From: Eledone cirrhosa
Taxonomy: Eukaryota
Reading direction: 5' to 3'
NCBI GenBank assembly: GCA_964016885.1
Contig: OZ024749.1
Location: 47,058,001-47,122,000 of the forward strand
DNA length: 64,000 bases
Within the stretch, counting starts at the first letter, position 1; each line of letters begins with the position of its first letter. Under the pieces are notes generated by a model, which did not search any database, was not told the DNA's origin, and saw only the letters and a program-made list of their open reading frames with translations. Positions 1 to 14,258 of this stretch are shown here, in pieces. The position numbers and the translations under genes were made by a program.

Positions 1-1002
1 AAGCCCGAAAAAATAGCAAAGCAATAAGTTAATAAAGATTGACTACAAAGTATACTGGAGATGAAGGATATAAAAAACTATATAGAGAACACATAATTAC
101 CGAAATGGATATATTACATTTTTTATGATTATTTCCTTTCAAACTAATAGTTGTTATTTTTCTGAAATATTAATTCAATTGCGGTCTGGGAAATGTAATT
201 ATCAATATCCAAATTTGAATAGAAGTTGACGTTTTTCTATAAGTGACTTTTATTGTTATTGTCCAACCGTACCGAATGACCAATGATTTATTTTTGAATA
301 TTTAAAAAAAATCAATATTTACCCGAAACAATTTCCCTCAAGATTAGTTAGCAAACACACACACATATCATATATACATACAATACGAGAGGTGGAAACA
401 TAATAGTACCACTGATGATATTGCAGATGTGCAACGAAAGAACTTTGAAAGACCGTTGTTCAATCTGTGATAAACGTTGATTGCCAAATAAATTAACTGT
501 GGAGATATCAAAGATACAGTAGCGAAAACCAACGAAACAGTGAGTGTGTTCTGTTATTATTTCTGACAATATTATTACAACAATATGACACTCTCCATGC
601 ATAGCAATATATATATATATATATATAAGTGTATATCAAATTATTTGAGTCAAAAATATATTTCATACAATGACACATATGCTAATAGTGTGAATGCTGA
701 GGAATATTAATAGCTGCTTACTTCAGGTAGTCCCCACATTTATTCCGATCCGATATTGTAGTGATATAAAATAATTAAAAATCATATCACTGAACTTATC
801 TATATATTATATATGACTTCATATTGTATATGAGTTTATATAGGCTGTCAGTTCAAGTAAGAGATACGAATAGATCGGGAGAGGGGACGCACTGCTACAT
901 GCAGTGGCGTTTATATGATGCGCTACAAATCTGTCATATTAGCTAGCGATTGGCTGATAGAATCATGAATCACTTCCAAAATAGGGACATCGGCACATAT
1001 CA

Positions 1003-1149
1003 ATTTATTAAAATAACAGATTAAGGCTTAAGCAAATAATCGCTGCTTTCACCCTTAACGGGATCTTCTGACGCTTAGGTTCAGAAAATCCCGTTAAGGG
1101 TGAAAGCAGCAATGCTTTGCTTAAACTTTAATCTGTTATTTTAATAAAT
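1003..1149. repeat. Imperfect 69-bp inverted repeat with a 9-nt loop
   Basis: 1003-1071 is the reverse complement of 1081-1149 with a handful of mismatches. Confidence 0.85.
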
Positions 1150-1234
1150 ATTTTCTCTACGGTTCTTATGTATTTGATATATATTTATCCTTATCGAGCC
1201 CTCTTTGAATTTTAGTGTTCAAATTTATTATTAT

Positions 1235-1482
<248 letters not shown>

Positions 1483-1614
1483 TATTCTTCTGAATTCGTC
1501 TAGTTGTGGAACCAAGCAGCCAACCGGAAATTTATAAATTCCTAAATGTATAATATATTGAAGTGAAAGCAGCTGGTGCGTGTGTTTCTTATTGACAACA
1601 TGACCCTCCCAAAG

Positions 1615-1730
<116 letters not shown>

Positions 1731-3297
1731 CAACGATGTATATGACTTTCAAAACTTGATGTTTAAAATAAATTATAGCAAAGACTTCTTACTCCGTTTT
1801 GGATTGCCAAAACGCTTTGAATACAAATATCAATTTGTATTTATATTTCATACAATAACATAATTTAAGTGCATTGGCGTTTCTTACACTTAACAAGTTC
1901 AATGTTTCGGCGGAGTTAAGCTATTTAGATTATAATATAATACATAATATATTGACACTAAGCAAACATGTTGCCAAATCTTAAACTCATAACTCAATAA
2001 TGCTATCACCAACGATTTAAAGAAAATAGTATGAACCCATATGTTTACATTATTTTCATTTTGGTTACGTATTCTTAATGATTTTTTGCAACATATTTTA
2101 CACCACGTTTATCCATTCAATACATCTTTTTATTTCATAACCCAACCTGAATTCATCTGATGACGTTTTGAAAGCAAAAATGATCGCCTAGGCCAAATGA
2201 GGTCTAGAAAGATTGATAGTCTGGTCAGGAACAAGCTTGTTATGTATTCTAGAAACTAATGAATGATTGATAATAATCAATACACATGAGTTCAAACACT
2301 CCATAATCATTTCTGCTGTTGTTATTGCTATTGATTTAAATCTGTAGTTTTCTATGTTAAATTTGGTCACACATATTACACTTTGAAAAAAGATATTTCC
2401 ATATTTCCTCTTTGTTTATTTGATCTATTCGACCTTTATATATCATTACAATCTATACAGTTTGTAAAGTGAAGGTGGTGTAAGGTCCCTAATAAAATAT
2501 TCAGAATAATCAGACATGTTTACACAGAGTGAAACCTTCTGTGTATTATATCTTAAAGGAAAGGATACACACATAAATTACACAGACAGAATAGGAATTA
2601 CACCCATATCATATCAAAGAATTTGGAACAAAAGTGTGTATATTTCAAAGTTTCTTCAGTTTTATATGACATCCCATATTGGGAAAACACTAAGGTAATG
2701 GGAAATCATTGGTTACAATCTATTGAATCTATTCCCACGTTTTCTCCACCGCTAAAGAAAAACTGAACATTATCTGGCTTCATATCTAGGCTATGCAAAA
2801 AAAGTAAACTTTAAGCTAAACCATTTTGAAATACTCCTACGATGATTTATAATGTATGTGTATTACATATTTAAAGAATATAATAGCTGATTCACACCTG
2901 AAACGTTTGTTGCCATATAGCTTCTAGGCTCATGAAAGAAAATTAGATATAAGAAATGAAATTATAAATCAGTATACACAGAATATCTGTCCACTTATGA
3001 ATTCATTAGTTATTTCAGCTTCCTGCTAAGGTCAAATATCTATAAACAAAAGGATGTATCTTGATAGCATACCTCGATAGATCATGCCTTTCTTCTTAGA
3101 TAGAAGTATATGGTATTATTACAGGTAGACAAAATAAATAACTCTCAATGTTGGTATGATGTATTATAATATTAAGAGATAAATGAAAAATAATCACGTT
3201 AAAATAAAAGCAACTCGAAAATAATAAAGCTGTACCAAAAAGGAATATTGGTTGTGAATGTCAAATTTCTATATATTGTAAGATAAGTAAAATCAGA

Positions 3298-3345
<48 letters not shown>

Positions 3346-3350
<5 letters not shown>

Positions 3351-3846
3351 AGAATGAAATGAAATGAAATTTCTCACTCTTAGTACGGCACTTACTTAAA
3401 TGTAAGGATGTATGTATACGTACTTACATATATGTATACATATGTACAGTAGTATGTATATATATGCATACATGCACACACATATATATATATATATATG
3501 CACGTATCGATTTACCGAACATTTATTATAATGCTCGGTTTGTTTGTTTGTAAAAAACAAACATCCCGAATTACGCCATACAGTGTTTAGGCATCGGACG
3601 ATAGCTAAGATGAAACTATTACATCGTTCTTGTGTCAGTGTTGAACAAAAAGGTGACGTGTTTGCCTAAACACTGTACGGCCTAATTCGGGATGTTTGTT
3701 TTTTACAAACAAACAAACCGAGCATTATAATACATGTTCGGTAAATCGATACGTGCATATATATATATATGTGTGTGCATGTATGCATATATATACATAC
3801 TACTGTACATCTGTATACATATATGTATGTACGTATACATACATAC

Positions 3847-3850
<4 letters not shown>
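3346..3850. mobile_element. Diverged fold-back copy of the 62.7-64 kb tandem-unit family (family A)
   Basis: tttctcactcttagtacggcacttacttaaatgtaag (about 3370-3406) matches the array unit. 3590-3680 is the reverse complement of the array's hammerhead region with a decayed core (CGGACGA...GAAActatTAcatcgtt). Arms at about 3408-3592 and 3663-3850 are inverted, and (TA)n flanks both sides. Confidence 0.75.
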
Positions 3851-3886
<36 letters not shown>

Positions 3887-3888
<2 letters not shown>

Positions 3889-4262
3889 CGAAGGAAATGT
3901 GGTAAGGAACCAGGGGGCCCATAACGCACCAAAGTACTCAATACTTGGGGTAGTAGAGTGGGTAATAGGAACCAGTAAGACCCCGACGGCTGAGCTCAAG
4001 CCGTTTCGACGGCTAATTCTGGACGCATATATATATATATATATATGTGGGTGTATATATATATAAAACGAAGGAAGTGTGGTAAGGAAGCAGGTTGACC
4101 CTGACGCACCAGAGTACTCAATACTTTGTGTAGTAGAGTGGGTAATAGGAACATGTTCAAGACCCTGACGGCAGAGCTCAAGTCGCTTTGACGGCTATTT
4201 CTAGTCCAGAAATAGCCGTCGAAACGGCTTCAGCTCTGCCGTCGGGGTTTTGAAAATGTTCA
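3887..4262. mobile_element. Family B, two adjacent copies (3887-4026 and fold-back 4067-4262)
   Basis: aacgaaggaa...ggtaaggaa...agtactcaatactt...gtagtagagtgggtaatagga...ccccgacggc repeated twice; the second copy folds back around 4203 and shows GAAA cggc...gccg TC. Confidence 0.75.
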
Positions 4263-4312
4263 TATATATATATATCATATATAAAATCAAAAGATGGTTA
4301 AAGAGTTCCATA

Positions 4313-4383
4313 TATTTTATTATGCGCATTTCAAAAACAAATATCATCATGCGATGACATTTGCATTTTCGTCAGATAAAATA
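4313..4383 (-). ncRNA. Type I hammerhead ribozyme (family C, left arm)
   Basis: Minus strand reads tattttat CTGACGA aaatgcaaatgtcatc gcat gatgatatttgttttt GAAA tgcgca TA ataaaata: 8-bp stem I, long stem II, palindromic stem III AUGCGCAU, AUA triplet. Confidence 0.8.
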
Positions 4384-4491
4384 GGGAGACATGATATGAA
4401 GTTTAAAAAACATTTGTGAATAGTGCAGTTTTATGTTGATTTAAAACTTCAATATGCATAAGTGTTGTTTAACCTTCATATCATGTATCCC

Positions 4492-4562
4492 TATTTTATC
4501 TGACGAAAACGCAAATATCATCGCATGATGATATTTGTTTTTGAAATGCCCATAATAAAATA
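4492..4562 (+). ncRNA. Type I hammerhead ribozyme (family C, right arm)
   Basis: tattttat CTGACGA aaacgcaaatatcatc gcat gatgatatttgttttt GAAA tgccca TA ataaaata; one substitution breaks the stem III palindrome. Confidence 0.75.
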
Positions 4563-5553
4563 CATGCAACTCTTTTAACCATGTTTTGATCTTATATATT
4601 ATTTATACTCCATTCCTACAAACTGTAGAGTGCTACTTATCCGATATCTGCATTGCTTTATTGTACTACAATACAACTCACCTCCTACATATATATTTAT
4701 TAAATAACACAATAGAGCGATCCTTATACTGTAATCATCGCTTGAAATTTACATTTTCATATAACAAACGCTACCAGTTTTGAACGCTGTGTCCATCTCC
4801 GTTTGATTGTCAAAATACATATTAACATTCTCTATTAGTTTTAATTCTATCACCACTTCTATTCTTTATCATTTAATATAAAATTATATAGATACAATCA
4901 GATTTATCAATTCAATTCCCTAAAGCATATACCAGCAGGCTACTAGCATTGTTGTTATATACTTGACACCTTATATCTGTATTAATATCACTACACCAAA
5001 CCACCAGCTCTGTCCATTGTTCAACAGGTCAAATATAAATTAAAATAGGCACTCCCAAAAATTCTTATTAGATAAAATAAGCCAGATACTCATTGTATTC
5101 TCATTAAAAACCTTCTATACACTTGTTTACCAGCACACTGAATTGCCATCTGTCATATACTTACCCCTCTTACCTTTCTTACAACTAATATAAATACTTT
5201 GTTTTTTCTGATTTTTTCCAATTTATTCAATATCTCTGAAGAAGTGACAACTGATTATACATTTGCATTCTATTATGTGCTAATATTATATGATTAAGCA
5301 AGCATCGATACATAGGTATTCCGTCTGTTACAGAAACATATGTCAATACCTAATACATTCCTTTATAAAAGCACTTTCATTTTATATTCATCTTTTCTAC
5401 ATTTTCTCCGGAATATAATTTATACTCGTTGAGCAAATGTACACGTACGTTGTTCATCTCTAATGTGACGATATATTATCACTACATTATTGATAACCTG
5501 ATATTTTATATATATATATATAAAAGGTTAAATATATAATAGCTTAAATTTTA

Positions 5554-5616
<63 letters not shown>

Positions 5617-5698
5617 TATATGTTGATATATATATATTATCCACACATATATATATATATATATATGTAGATAAATCTACCAAGAGTTTACGGTAGTG

Positions 5699-5774
<76 letters not shown>

Positions 5775-7607
5775 CATAAATCATGTCCTTAGAATTATTA
5801 GATACAATATATACCATTACCTTTATGTATATGTAAATCTTTATATATATATATATATATATATATAGATATGACCAAAAGAAGAGCAGCGTAATGAAAT
5901 ACAGGACTCAGACATTGAGACTAATATGAATGTAAACATAATGATATTGCTTCTTCATTCAAATCATATTTTATCTGTGAATAACGTATGCATATGTTCA
6001 CCTAGTACGAGATATAGCTTGCGGAAAATGAATTAGAGTTTGCTTTACAATTGCAAATATAACGTTCCGCCATATTCCAACTTAACACAATAGTTGGGGT
6101 GCAATATTTTACATTATATCTAGTTGTCCGATGTTTGTCGGAAAATGACTAAGATAACAAAATTGCTTTATTTATTTCGATTCTAGAACAATGTGATTCC
6201 ATCAAATATGTAAAATACATAATCTTTATGAAATATATTGTTTTGTGGACACATTACCGCTGTGTCATCTAGAACAATATGGTTAACATGAACATGTTAA
6301 TACAATCTACTCGTCAAGATTACATTAGATGCTTTTGAGTGTAGACATTTAATCCTTATCTCAACCACTTCATATGTACTAAATTGTATTTGACGTGAAA
6401 ATATTGTAAGGACATGGCGTCTTATAAATGGCATATTGTGTATTGGATAACCTCAACATACATTGCATATACAAACATGCTCAATTCAAAATAAATAGTT
6501 AATTATTAAATATGAGTGAATGTTATGTGTATTCTTCATATACTGGTTTTATGTAAATAGCTATTAAGCATTGCTTATGAAGCAATGTGGTTGAGATTTA
6601 TTCATTCCGGAAATTTCCGCTAAGTGGTATTGACTAACTAATTCTGAATAGAACACTTCGATTAACGTAGATGAATTTGTTATGAATTATGTATGAAGAC
6701 CCATTCAATTATCATCACATATTCTCACTCAATAATGTGAGTATTGTGAAAGAAATTCTGATCAAGGATTTTTTTTTATTTTCTCTTATTTTTGGCCCCA
6801 TGCATTTTTCTTAAACATGTGAGTTTCTTTGTCGTAATGTTTGTATCGGTATGCCATATGCTGAGCCATGTGCGAGTATATGTTTCAGATATCGATATCA
6901 CATGCTTAATACATTAACAAATCTGTTGCAACGCGATGACAAAATTCTATAACGGTATTTATTCAAGAGAGTAAACAAACATCATGATAATTATATGAGA
7001 CTTATATGTTCAATGTACTGTGAATTCTGAAAGAACAATCTATTTATAAGTTATTTCAATTGTCACTATGAAATATTCATATTTTTCCTAATGTTTTTCT
7101 ATACTAAATTTGAAAAAAAAAATCTAAATGTCTTCGTTCTATTTCCATTTCTCTTGATCTGCTTGTTTATTTTGTTTGTTTCTTGTCGCACTTGTTTAAG
7201 GAGGTTTTATTTACTTATATGAGTCATACTATGTGAAACGTTTTAGACACATTTAAGTAGTTTTCTGTCAATTATATAAATATTATTGTGATGATAGTTT
7301 CTTGAGAAATTACCACATACACACTTATGTTAAAGAGCCGGATATATCACCGATGTGTACACATGAATATAAGGACATTATATGATACACATGTACATTA
7401 AATATAAGCCTTTTTTCCAAAAATTATAAACGGTAGTTGTTCGAATATATACTTACACAAGTAAAACACCTTCAAGAATTTGAAATATTGTGTATTTCGT
7501 TATAATTAACAAGTTTCATGTTATTATGTTGAAATAGAGGATTCTTTGCATTTATCAAACAAGGGTATAATCATACTACAAGTATAAGTAAACGTCCCGT
7601 ATCTACC

Positions 7608-7645
<38 letters not shown>

Positions 7646-7661
7646 ATGTGTTTGTGTGTGT

Positions 7662-7697
<36 letters not shown>

Positions 7698-7703
<6 letters not shown>

Positions 7704-8225
7704 AGATCAAAATATGGTTAAATGAGTTCCAAGTATTTTATTATGCGCATTTCAAAAAAAAAATATCATCATGGGATGATATCTGCGTTCGTATCAGATA
7801 AAATAGGGAGCGATGATATGAAGCTTAAAAAACACTTGTGAATAGTGAAGTGTTAAATCAACATATGACAAATAAATTAAGATTGATGTATGAGATTGGG
7901 AAAAAGTGAGGGGGGGTATGTAAGGAAGAGGAAGAGATGAGAGTAAAGGATGGTGGGTGGAGGAGTATAAGAAGGAAGAATGAGAGAGGAGGAGAGATGG
8001 GTGATAGACACACGTGTTTTTTAACCTTCATATCATGTCTCCCTATTTTATCTGACGAGAAGGCAGATATCATCACATGCTGATATTTGTTTTTGAGATG
8101 CGCATAATAAAATACTTGGAACTCTTTTAACCATCTTTTGATCTTATATTATTTATACTCAAGTCCTACAAACTGTAGAGAGCTACTTATCCGATATTTG
8201 CACTGCTTTATTGTGCACAATATAT
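7698..8225. mobile_element. Family C copy 2, fold-back with two mutated hammerheads
   Basis: Arms at about 7698-7835 and 8014-8150. The plus motif (8044-8114) has CTGACGA but GAAA>GAGA; the minus motif (7734-7805) has GAAAtgcgcaTA but CTGATAC. Purine-rich spacer. Confidence 0.75.
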
Positions 8226-8313
8226 CTACATACATATAAAAATATATATATATATATGGTGAATACTGAAACGGGAACAAACACAGAGAGGCAGTACAGT
8301 ACAAACAAAGGTT

Positions 8314-8363
<50 letters not shown>

Positions 8364-9511
8364 GAAAAGTATAGAAATGATTGTAGCAAGAAGCCAACAC
8401 TATTCCATATACACTTATGTGAGCGTGTGTGGATCTCTCTTAGAAATATAAATGTATATTTAATCAAAAAACAGAAGTGGATTATTTGTTTGTTTTTGTA
8501 AAGAAACAGACATTACTATATCTTAGAACTAACGTCACGTTCCTATAGCTACCGACTCGTAGATCTAATCATTTTATTCTTGTTTTCATTTCTCGTAGGG
8601 GCGGGAGCAATATTGCCACTAGCTAAGAACTTCATTGATTTTACACGTATCAATCAAATTGTCTAGAAGTAAAACAAAAAAAAAAAATGAGTTTCACTTT
8701 TTAAAACACCTGCCTGCTCAGTTTACCGACTAGACGAAAACTAATCAACAGATAGACATCATAGATAAAGTCTCTTGTTTTGAAGAAAAACAACCATGTA
8801 TATTTAGCTGCGAAGCGACGGAGAATTACAGAGTTTAAATTATAGTAGGCAGCACGTATGTTGGCAAAACAAAACAAAAATCACATCAAGTATTTATCGA
8901 CCTTATGACACACAGAACAACTAGATTTCGTAAATCTAAATCGTACAATGAAGAAAACTTAGATGTTTAACCACAACTCCTGTGTCTATAATAATCTATT
9001 TATTTGATAACAAAAGGGTTGAGAATCCATATTCTCTTCGGCGCATGCGAAATGTAGCGTTAAAATCTCTCAACTCTATACTTAAGTGTGCACAGCAGGA
9101 TTACAATTAAATTACCAGAAAAATACTCTCAGCAAAAATTGCTGAAGATGATGATTTATGATGATACATATGTTTGGCTACAATACAGCGTCATTTCATT
9201 CTCGAGTGAGTCCCGTTGTAAAAAGCAGTAAGCATATTCAAAAGAAATATGAATAATGTACCATATTATATAAAAAGAAATGTCCATGACAATTTCGAAT
9301 ATTAGATGAAATGTAAAAGGAAATACACGAACAGTTTGACAGTGGCAACAGCAAATGGAATTTAAAAATATCTCAGATGTTATCCGAAATTTATTTGGGT
9401 AGGATTTTTCATCGCAATGAAATAAGGGTAAAGAAAATAATATGTAGGCTAAAGAAATAGAAATATATTTATTTCAGAACACCTTGTTCACAACGCGTGT
9501 GTCACAGCTCA

Positions 9512-9806
<295 letters not shown>

Positions 9807-11135
9807 TGAATACTTTCAGTACATTTTCTATGAAGAACCGTGTGCCCTTGATAGGGTAAATTGAAATATTCAAAAAATGTAAACTATGCATGTCATCCCA
9901 GGAATCAGATTCACTTTGCGTCGTGTCTCATGCAGAGCTATAACAGTCATTCTGAAAAGTTATATCTATTCTTTGAACATATCTATGGCAATTTCCCAGC
10001 CTATAGACGCATTCGCCTACAAAAATGTGAATTATTCAAAAAGTATTTTGATGAAACGAACACTCTCAGTATGACGTGTTAAGTATACTATAACCATACT
10101 CAGTCTATTTTCATGCTTTCAAATATTGACATAGATGAGAAACCTCTGCACAAACAAGGAAAGTATGAATAATTATTTTCAGATCATTTTTAAACTGACT
10201 TTGACTTTTTCGTTATATTCCTACATTTTATTCTGCAGTAAAAATCTGAAATATTTTCCATATATCAATTTAAAGAAAACATGTCAGAATTCTGTACAGA
10301 CAGGAATCTTTGTGTGAAGTTCAGAATAAACAGAAAAGTACTGTCCTATGCCTAACCTCAATAGAATAATAGACGAGCAAACCAATCAAACAATATTTTA
10401 AACCATTCATAGTAAATGTCATTCATCAGACGTTTTTACTCATATGGAGATATATTCTACAATATATTCGAAAATATAAATATTGTAGAAGGGATAATCG
10501 TGTTAATACTTCTGCCTATGTTGCTATATTCCATACTTAATCAGAGGTTAATATATTTGTGTTAAATATCATGAAATAATGAATTGGAAAGTATGTTTCA
10601 CCCATTATTAACTTGATTTGTATTAATTAAAATTAAAATCTTTCGAATTGTAGCAGATAACATATTGATAAAACGCTTCTGAACCCATAATGTCCTTGGA
10701 ATTACAGTGAATTGACAAGATACAAAATACATTAAAAGTGCTATATAAAAGAAATGACAACTGCAACGATATAGAACGCTAAATTATGTTTCATATTAAA
10801 ATCAATTGACATTTCGAGATAGAAATTATCTTCGAAAGTGAATTCATATTTTCTGAATAATCGATTTTATTTAATAAGATGAAATTAGTAAACCATCAAC
10901 ATGACAAAATAATGTTCCCGCTGTCTATCTAGTTATCATCATATCCGTTGAAGTTAAAAATCAGTCGGTAATTAGACTTCAGTAATTTTGATTTTAAAAA
11001 AAGAATTAATGTCATGTTACTGATTCATCATTTAAATAAAATACATAATTATATAGACTGTTAGTAATGTTTTATGTCTGATATGTATTTCAAGTAGAGC
11101 GAGCGTCTTCTATATTTTCTCTCCTAACAAGAGTT

Positions 11136-11310
11136 CAGTATCGGTAGAGGGTTGGACGTCATGCTTTGACGTATATAGTTACGGCCCTTGCCATTCTGAG
11201 TTCAAATCCTGCCGAGGTTAACTTTGCTTTTCATCCTTACGGGGTCGATAAAATAAAGTACCAGTAATCTACAGGGTATTTGCTGGCCTTGTGCCAAAAG
11301 TAGAAACAAT
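11136..11310 (+). mobile_element. tRNA-headed SINE, slightly 5' truncated
   Basis: B box gagttcaaatcc; conserved ctttcatccttacggggtcgataaaataaagtaccagt block; ends gtagaaacaat. Confidence 0.85.
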
Positions 11311-11412
11311 GATTTTATCTCCTAGATTATAATCTTAAAGAGTCTTCCTTTTAATACCGTTATAATATAATTGTTTCTGTTATTGGCACAATAATTTTAT
11401 CATCGTCTGTAT

Positions 11413-11532
11413 GGAGGAAAGGCAAAATTAACCTAGATGAGATTTGACTCCAATAACGTACGTAAAGGGCCATAACTATATGATGCAAAGCAGGGTGTAT
11501 GATGCTCTATCGATACTGTTATTTCACCACCC
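11413..11532 (-). mobile_element. Degenerate SINE 5' half
   Basis: gaaaggcaaaattaacct...gatttgactc...ctctatcgatactg...caccaccc aligns by eye to the reverse SINE. Confidence 0.5.
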
Positions 11533-11676
11533 ACAATAATAACAGACACATACACACATAGGGACACAGACACATATACAGGTACACATACACACATATA
11601 TATATATATATGTACATATATATACAACCGCATACATACACGCACACACACATGCACCCTCCCCACACACACACAC

Positions 11677-11738
<62 letters not shown>

Positions 11739-12942
11739 GGTTTAAGTGTGTGCCGAATATTTGTAACTTACCCTCATTTTTTAGATATGTACGGCGTACT
11801 GCATAACGCCTGAATTTCAATTGAAATATTTCTGATAATAAATTTTTTAAAATTAAATGTATATGTATATAATGTAGAGTTTCAAATAAATGCCCGCATG
11901 CGTGCATAATGATTGTGTACTATGTTTAGTCTCTTGGCTTCTTCGGTGTTGGTTTTTAATCTAAGGAACATTACGATAGACTCAAAACAAGAGCTTACAT
12001 TAACGTTGACACTATAGTGTAGGTAGGAATGTTTGGTACTAACATATCTAACTGTTTTCGACGTCTAAATGATTTTAAATTTCAATTATAAATATAAACA
12101 TCATTAAAATTTAGATTTTCGTTATTCATATTTACTTGTTCACGTCACATTTTTTTCTACTCTTCTCCAATTCAGTATAAACTGTCATTTGATTTTTCTA
12201 TATTTCTCATTTTCGTTAGCTTTATTTTCCGAAGTATTTACTTATAGTTTCGATTTTTAATTATTGAGTAATATTTTCATAATATTGAAGTTATTGTAAA
12301 TTTATTTTATTTTCGGCTTTTTAAATATATTTCTACAATTCGTTATTCGATGAATCTCTTTTTATCATTTACTTCGTTGTTTATATTTCATCTAATAAAA
12401 TTTTGGAAATCAAGTATATTTTATAATTAGATATTAACAATTGCGTTCATTTTCTGATTTCGTATTTCAATGAAATGTATACAACTTCACTAATTAAAAA
12501 ATCGTGTAAAGTACACATAATAGACCTCCTCAACAATAGTAGAGCAATACTTACAAAATATTAAATTAGACAGTCTTTGAGGAATTAAATCTCATAATTT
12601 ATTCTTGCATAACTATGAAACTTAAACAAAAAGTACAGCTTTAATCAATAATTACAGGAAAAATATACATCGATATTAAATTCTTCACACTCTCTAAAGA
12701 GGTTTTAGACTTAAACATTCAATTACCTAAATGATATATCAGTATAGGATATCTGAGAATAAAAAAAACACACACATACTCATACAAGTATGCGTGTATA
12801 TATATATATATATATACGTGTGTGTGTGTGTGTATGTATGTGGGTGTGTGTATGTATGTGTGTGTATGTGTATGTGTGAGGGTGCGTGTGAGTGTTTACA
12901 CATATATATGCATATACATATAGGCATATATGTATATGAATA

Positions 12943-13048
<106 letters not shown>

Positions 13049-13117
13049 TATATATATATAAAAGTAAATTTCGCTCTACATGGCGGAATGCAATCAATAT
13101 AATCTGAGTTTTTCGAA

Positions 13118-13263
13118 TATTAATAATAACATTCGATTCGATTTCAATTATGCAAACATCCCTCAATTTTATAGCCATGTCAGTAGAATGAACACTTCAA
13201 TACTGCTCTTAAAATTGAGGCTTGTTTGCATAATTGCAAACGAATCGAATGTTATTATTAATA
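13118..13263. repeat. Imperfect inverted repeat, ~54-bp arms
   Basis: 13118-13171 versus 13210-13263. Confidence 0.75.
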
Positions 13264-13307
13264 ACATAATAGTATCACAAAGGTCAATTACAAAAAATAT
13301 ATTTTTA

Positions 13308-13790
13308 CATGACAGGCCTTGCCTATTGGGGTCGATTAGAAAAGCTCAAACTTTATTCTCTTTAACGTCGCCGTGAGCGCAACATTATCTCTATGATGTG
13401 GAAAATATTCCAGCAGATTAGCCCAAAAGATGTTGGCATCCCCTTTAGTGTACACCAAAGTCTTGGGACCCGTGCTATCCGCCCACGACAAAAATCCCAC
13501 TCGCATCACTTAACAACAATACGGCACAATTAGTTCACCTCTATTGGCCCTGCACTCTTTAACATTACACCAAAACACATCAAAGCAGAGGCAGACCCCA
13601 TCAAGTTCAAGAAGTCTTTGGATACATTCCTTCAAGAAATCTCGGATAAGCCTCCTACACCCAGATATGACTCCATAAACAAAAAATCTCTGCTTCAGTG
13701 GGCCATGGTGCCCAAACACTTATTTATAAGACTTCGCCAGGTGGTGCTATCAAGCTAGACATGGCCTGGCCAATACTGGCCGAAATCGAA
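13308..13790 (+). mobile_element. CR1/L2-group LINE 3' fragment
   Basis: Manual translation gives LAYWGRLEKLKLYSL*RRRERNII..MWKI and FTSIGPALFNITP...FKKSLDTFLQEISDKPPTPRY...SLLQW, typical C-terminal motifs of this group. Confidence 0.75.
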
Positions 13791-14126
13791 TCTACAACGT
13801 GCTTTTTCAAACGAGTAGACTGGCGGTTAAAATACAAGAAACGTTCTATATTAGACTTACCACGACGGCCTTATGATTACAGTTTTGGGTGATTATGAAA
13901 GACGCATCCAATTGCGGTTGTGGGATATTATTGCATAGTCACACTTGATTGTTCATTATTTGACATATGAACATATTTTACTTCATATGACATGACACAG
14001 AGCCGTCGAATTATACACACGTGAACAACTACATTAAATTGAACACAAACATACACACCTATATATGTTTAAGTGTCTGTGCATGTATTTATGATTATAT
14101 ATTTATATATATGCATATATATATAT

Positions 14127-14258
14127 ATAAATTATTAACAAAATAATGAATAAACAAAGAAACAGTTCCTTATATTAAACAAAAAAAGTTCATGAACTTT
14201 TTTTGTTTAATATAAGGAACTGTTTCTTTGTTTATTCATTATTTTGTTAATAATTTAT
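14127..14258. repeat. Perfect 132-bp palindrome with no spacer
   Basis: Centred on catg at 14191-14194; the arms match base for base. Confidence 0.9.

Larger units (their letters stand above)
4279..4670. mobile_element. Fold-back element with two divergent hammerheads (family C, copy 1)
   Basis: Inverted arms at about 4279-4411 and 4464-4598; homologous to 7698-8225. Confidence 0.75.

Noticed and set aside
2150-2185. tcat CTGATGA cgtttt GAAA gc...atga
   Set aside because: No stem II and no NUH triplet; expected by chance in AT-rich DNA.
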